From positions 1 to 32,903 of IMG/VR virus record IMGVR_UViG_3300005827_000051: a stretch of DNA of 32,903 bases, one strand, 5' to 3'. The stretch's first letter is position 1. Every line of letters begins with the position of its first letter. The DNA comes from a virus. Below, piece by piece: positions 30,858-32,903 of the stretch. The translations under genes and the position numbers were made by a program. The notes beneath the pieces were generated by a model. That model saw only the letters and a list, made by a program, of their open reading frames with translations. It made no database searches and had not been told where the DNA came from.

Positions 30858-31330
30858 ACACAACCATCCTATCTCTTGACCTAGGCACTCAAACCGGCTG
30901 GGCATTGCTCGATAAAGACGGCCAGATCACCAGCGGCACTCAGTCATTTAAGCCTCAGAGGTTTGAAGGTGGTGGAATGAGATATCTGCGATTTAAAAAT
31001 TGGCTGAGAGAATTAAAGCAATCGGTTGGTGAAATTAATTCTGTGTATTTTGAGGAAGTCAGACGACATTCAGCCGTGGACGCTGCTCATGTGTATGGTG
31101 GATTAATGGCAACATTGACTATTTGGTGCGAGCATCACAGCATTCCATATATTGGCATTCCAGTTAGCACTATTAAGAAGCACGCTACAGGAAAAGGCAA
31201 TGCGAATAAAGAGGCGATGATTATGTCAGCTAAGAAAGCGGGATATTTCCCAGAGGATGATAATGAAGCAGATGCTATATGTTTGTTATTATATGCGCAA
31301 CTTGAATTACTCAGTGAAACAGCGGCATAA
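30854..31330 (+). CDS. RuvC-like Holliday junction resolvase
   Basis: ILSLDLGTQTGWALL (first catalytic Asp), YFEEV, and DDNEADAICLLLYA (C-terminal acidic motif). 158 aa, typical of phage RuvC-family resolvases. Confidence 0.8.
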   Translation: MNTTILSLDLGTQTGWALLDKDGQITSGTQSFKPQRFEGGGMRYLRFKNWLRELKQSVGEINSVYFEEVRRHSAVDAAHVYGGLMATLTIWCEHHSIPYIGIPVSTIKKHATGKGNANKEAMIMSAKKAGYFPEDDNEADAICLLLYAQLELLSETAA

Positions 31331-31338
31331 TATACGTT

Positions 31339-31734
31339 ATGAGAAAAGAGCCTTTTGGACGGCCGACCAAATATAGGCCAGAGCTTTGTGATGTGGTTAT
31401 TCAGCTTGGAAGAGATGGATACTCTAAAGCTGAGATGGCTGAACATCTTGATGTGGAGCGTCATACGCTTGATTATTGGGCGAAAGAAAATATTGACTTT
31501 TCTACCGCCTTAACGCGTGCGAGGGATTATTCTTTGGCTTGGTGGGAAAGAATTGCTAGGTTAAATATCATCACAAAAAAAGGGGAAACATTTAATTCCG
31601 CCTCATGGTCACGCTCCATGTCTGCTCGATTCCCAGATGATTATCGAGAGAAGTCAATTACTGCGACAGCAGAGAGTGGCGACCAAAAGATGGAAGTCAT
31701 TATTAAATCGTATGCAGACTATCCTACCGAATAA
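31339..31734 (+). CDS. terS: Terminase small subunit
   Basis: GRPTKYRPELCDVVIQLGRDGYSKAEMAEHLDVERHTLDYWAKENIDFSTALTRARDYSLAWWE is the HTH-type TerS N-terminal pattern. It lies directly upstream of, and overlaps, terL. Confidence 0.75.
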   Translation: MRKEPFGRPTKYRPELCDVVIQLGRDGYSKAEMAEHLDVERHTLDYWAKENIDFSTALTRARDYSLAWWERIARLNIITKKGETFNSASWSRSMSARFPDDYREKSITATAESGDQKMEVIIKSYADYPTE

Positions 31735-32903
31735 TTGGAACCCAAGGGGTTATCAAATATCCGCTTGGCAAGCATTAGAACGCGGCATTAAAAGAGCTTT
31801 GTTAATTTGGCATCGTCGGGCAGGCAAGGATGATTTATGCCTTCACTGGACGGCAACGCAGGCCTTGAAGCGAGTCGGTACCTATTGGCACATGTTGCCC
31901 AAGGCGTCGCAAGGCCGGAAAGCCGTGTGGAATGCGGTGAACCCGGCGACGGGAAAGCGTCGAATTGACGAAGCATTTCCTATTGCGCTACGCAAAAGAA
32001 CTCTCGAAAACGAGATGTTTATTGAATTCATCAATGGTAGCACGTGGCAGCTGGTAGGAAGCGATAGTTTTGATCGTCTGGTTGGCAGTCCACCAATAGG
32101 CATTACGGCCTCAGAGTGGGCGTTAGCAGACCCGAAAGCATGGGCGTATTTACGGCCTATCCTTCGTGAGAACAAAGGATGGGCTGTTTTCATTACCACG
32201 CCTCGTGGACGCAATCACTGCTACAGGATGTTTGAAGAGGCGCAGAAAGATGACGATTGGTTCGTACAAAAGCTCACGGCATTTGATACCGGCACGCTGT
32301 CTCACGTCGAGCTGGAAAAAGAGAGGCAGGAGTACATCAGAGAATATGGCACAGATGATGGCGATTCGTTATTCCGTCAGGAATATCTCTGCGATTTTGA
32401 TGCAGCGTTAGTGGGAACGTATTTCTCGAAACAAATTAGCGATGCCACAAGCCAGAAAAGAATCACGGAGGTTCCTTATGACCCAAGGATTCTTGTTAAT
32501 ACTAGCTGGGATTTAGGCGTTTCCGATTCAACCGCTATTTGGTTTTGGCAAGTTTCAGGGCAGCAAATTAGAATAATTGATTATCTTGAAAACTCTGGTC
32601 AAACATTATCTTGGTATGCTGAACAACTCCGCGGCAAATCATATAGCTATGGCGATCATTATCTTCCGCATGATGTCGAAATATTAGATATGAGTGCAGT
32701 TGGAGGAATGAGTCGCAAAGAAACATTAAACTCTCTTGGAGTAAGAGTTAGCGTTGTCCCACGAGTTAAAGATAAATCAGAAGCGATAAATGCAGTTCGC
32801 TCCATTTTACCTCGCTGCGTCTTTGACAAGGTTAAATGTGAGAGAGGTATTGATGCCATTGCGCAATATCGTCGCAAATGGGATGATGAGCGAAAAGTTT
32901 ATC
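31712..32903 (+). CDS. terL: Terminase large subunit, N-terminal and central part. The ORF is open at the window end and continues at 121..254.
   Basis: ATG 31712. Product: MQTILPNNWNPRGYQISAWQALERGIKRALLIWHRRAGKDD (Walker A-like)...VFITTPRGRNH...FRQEYLCDF...WDLGVSDSTAIWFWQ (nuclease domain). There is no stop before the end of the window. Confidence 0.9.
   Translation, partial: MQTILPNNWNPRGYQISAWQALERGIKRALLIWHRRAGKDDLCLHWTATQALKRVGTYWHMLPKASQGRKAVWNAVNPATGKRRIDEAFPIALRKRTLENEMFIEFINGSTWQLVGSDSFDRLVGSPPIGITASEWALADPKAWAYLRPILRENKGWAVFITTPRGRNHCYRMFEEAQKDDDWFVQKLTAFDTGTLSHVELEKERQEYIREYGTDDGDSLFRQEYLCDFDAALVGTYFSKQISDATSQKRITEVPYDPRILVNTSWDLGVSDSTAIWFWQVSGQQIRIIDYLENSGQTLSWYAEQLRGKSYSYGDHYLPHDVEILDMSAVGGMSRKETLNSLGVRVSVVPRVKDKSEAINAVRSILPRCVFDKVKCERGIDAIAQYRRKWDDERKVY
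32784..32903. repeat. Second copy of the terminal overlap (identical to 1..120)
   Basis: See the feature at 1..120. Confidence 0.97.

Noticed and set aside
31788-32214. Minus-strand ORFs 31788..31976 and 31882..32214, and the + strand ORF 32166..32411
   Set aside because: All lie inside the terL coding region in other frames. The terL frame has clear terminase motifs throughout.

Overview
The window is a complete, circularly closed temperate phage genome. Positions 1-120 are base-for-base identical to 32784-32903, so the unit length is 32,783 bp, and the large-terminase gene runs across this junction. All family names are from my own motif and architecture recognition; no search was run.

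Layout:
- Packaging and virion module (+ strand, about 31.3 kb through the junction to 17.4 kb): terS, terL, portal, scaffold, HK97-type major capsid protein, adaptor and tail-tube-like proteins, three large internal-virion-type proteins, tail fibres. One fibre has about 84-aa tandem repeats and a C-terminal S74-type chaperone domain. An N-acetylmuramidase endolysin sits among the fibre genes.
- Lysis cassette (17.8-18.7 kb): holin plus an i-spanin with an embedded o-spanin, which implies a Gram-negative host.
- Integration region: an attP-adjacent reverse-strand cargo gene, the candidate attP, a tyrosine integrase, and a convergent, overlapping xis-like gene.
- Leftward early operon (25.08 to 20.37 kb, - strand): small acidic ORFs, a pentapeptide-repeat protein, Erf annealase, YqaJ exonuclease, a DUF2829 (Tad2-like) protein, an H-NS-like protein, and SSB.
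- Immunity region: a CI-like HTH repressor ending in a (Gly-Pro-Ser)n tract encoded by a perfect 9-bp tandem repeat, co-oriented with a lipoprotein gene. It is separated from the leftward early promoter by a lone ORC/STAND-like P-loop ATPase-wHTH gene.
- Rightward early genes: Cro/YdaS-like regulator, DUF1376 and lambda-P-like replication proteins, RuvC-like resolvase.

Best candidates for undescribed biology:
- the ATPase / lipoprotein / repeat-tailed repressor island (25.1-27.7 kb);
- the putative counter-defence cluster in the early-left operon;
- several AT-rich or reverse-strand cargo genes (morons) inside the structural module.
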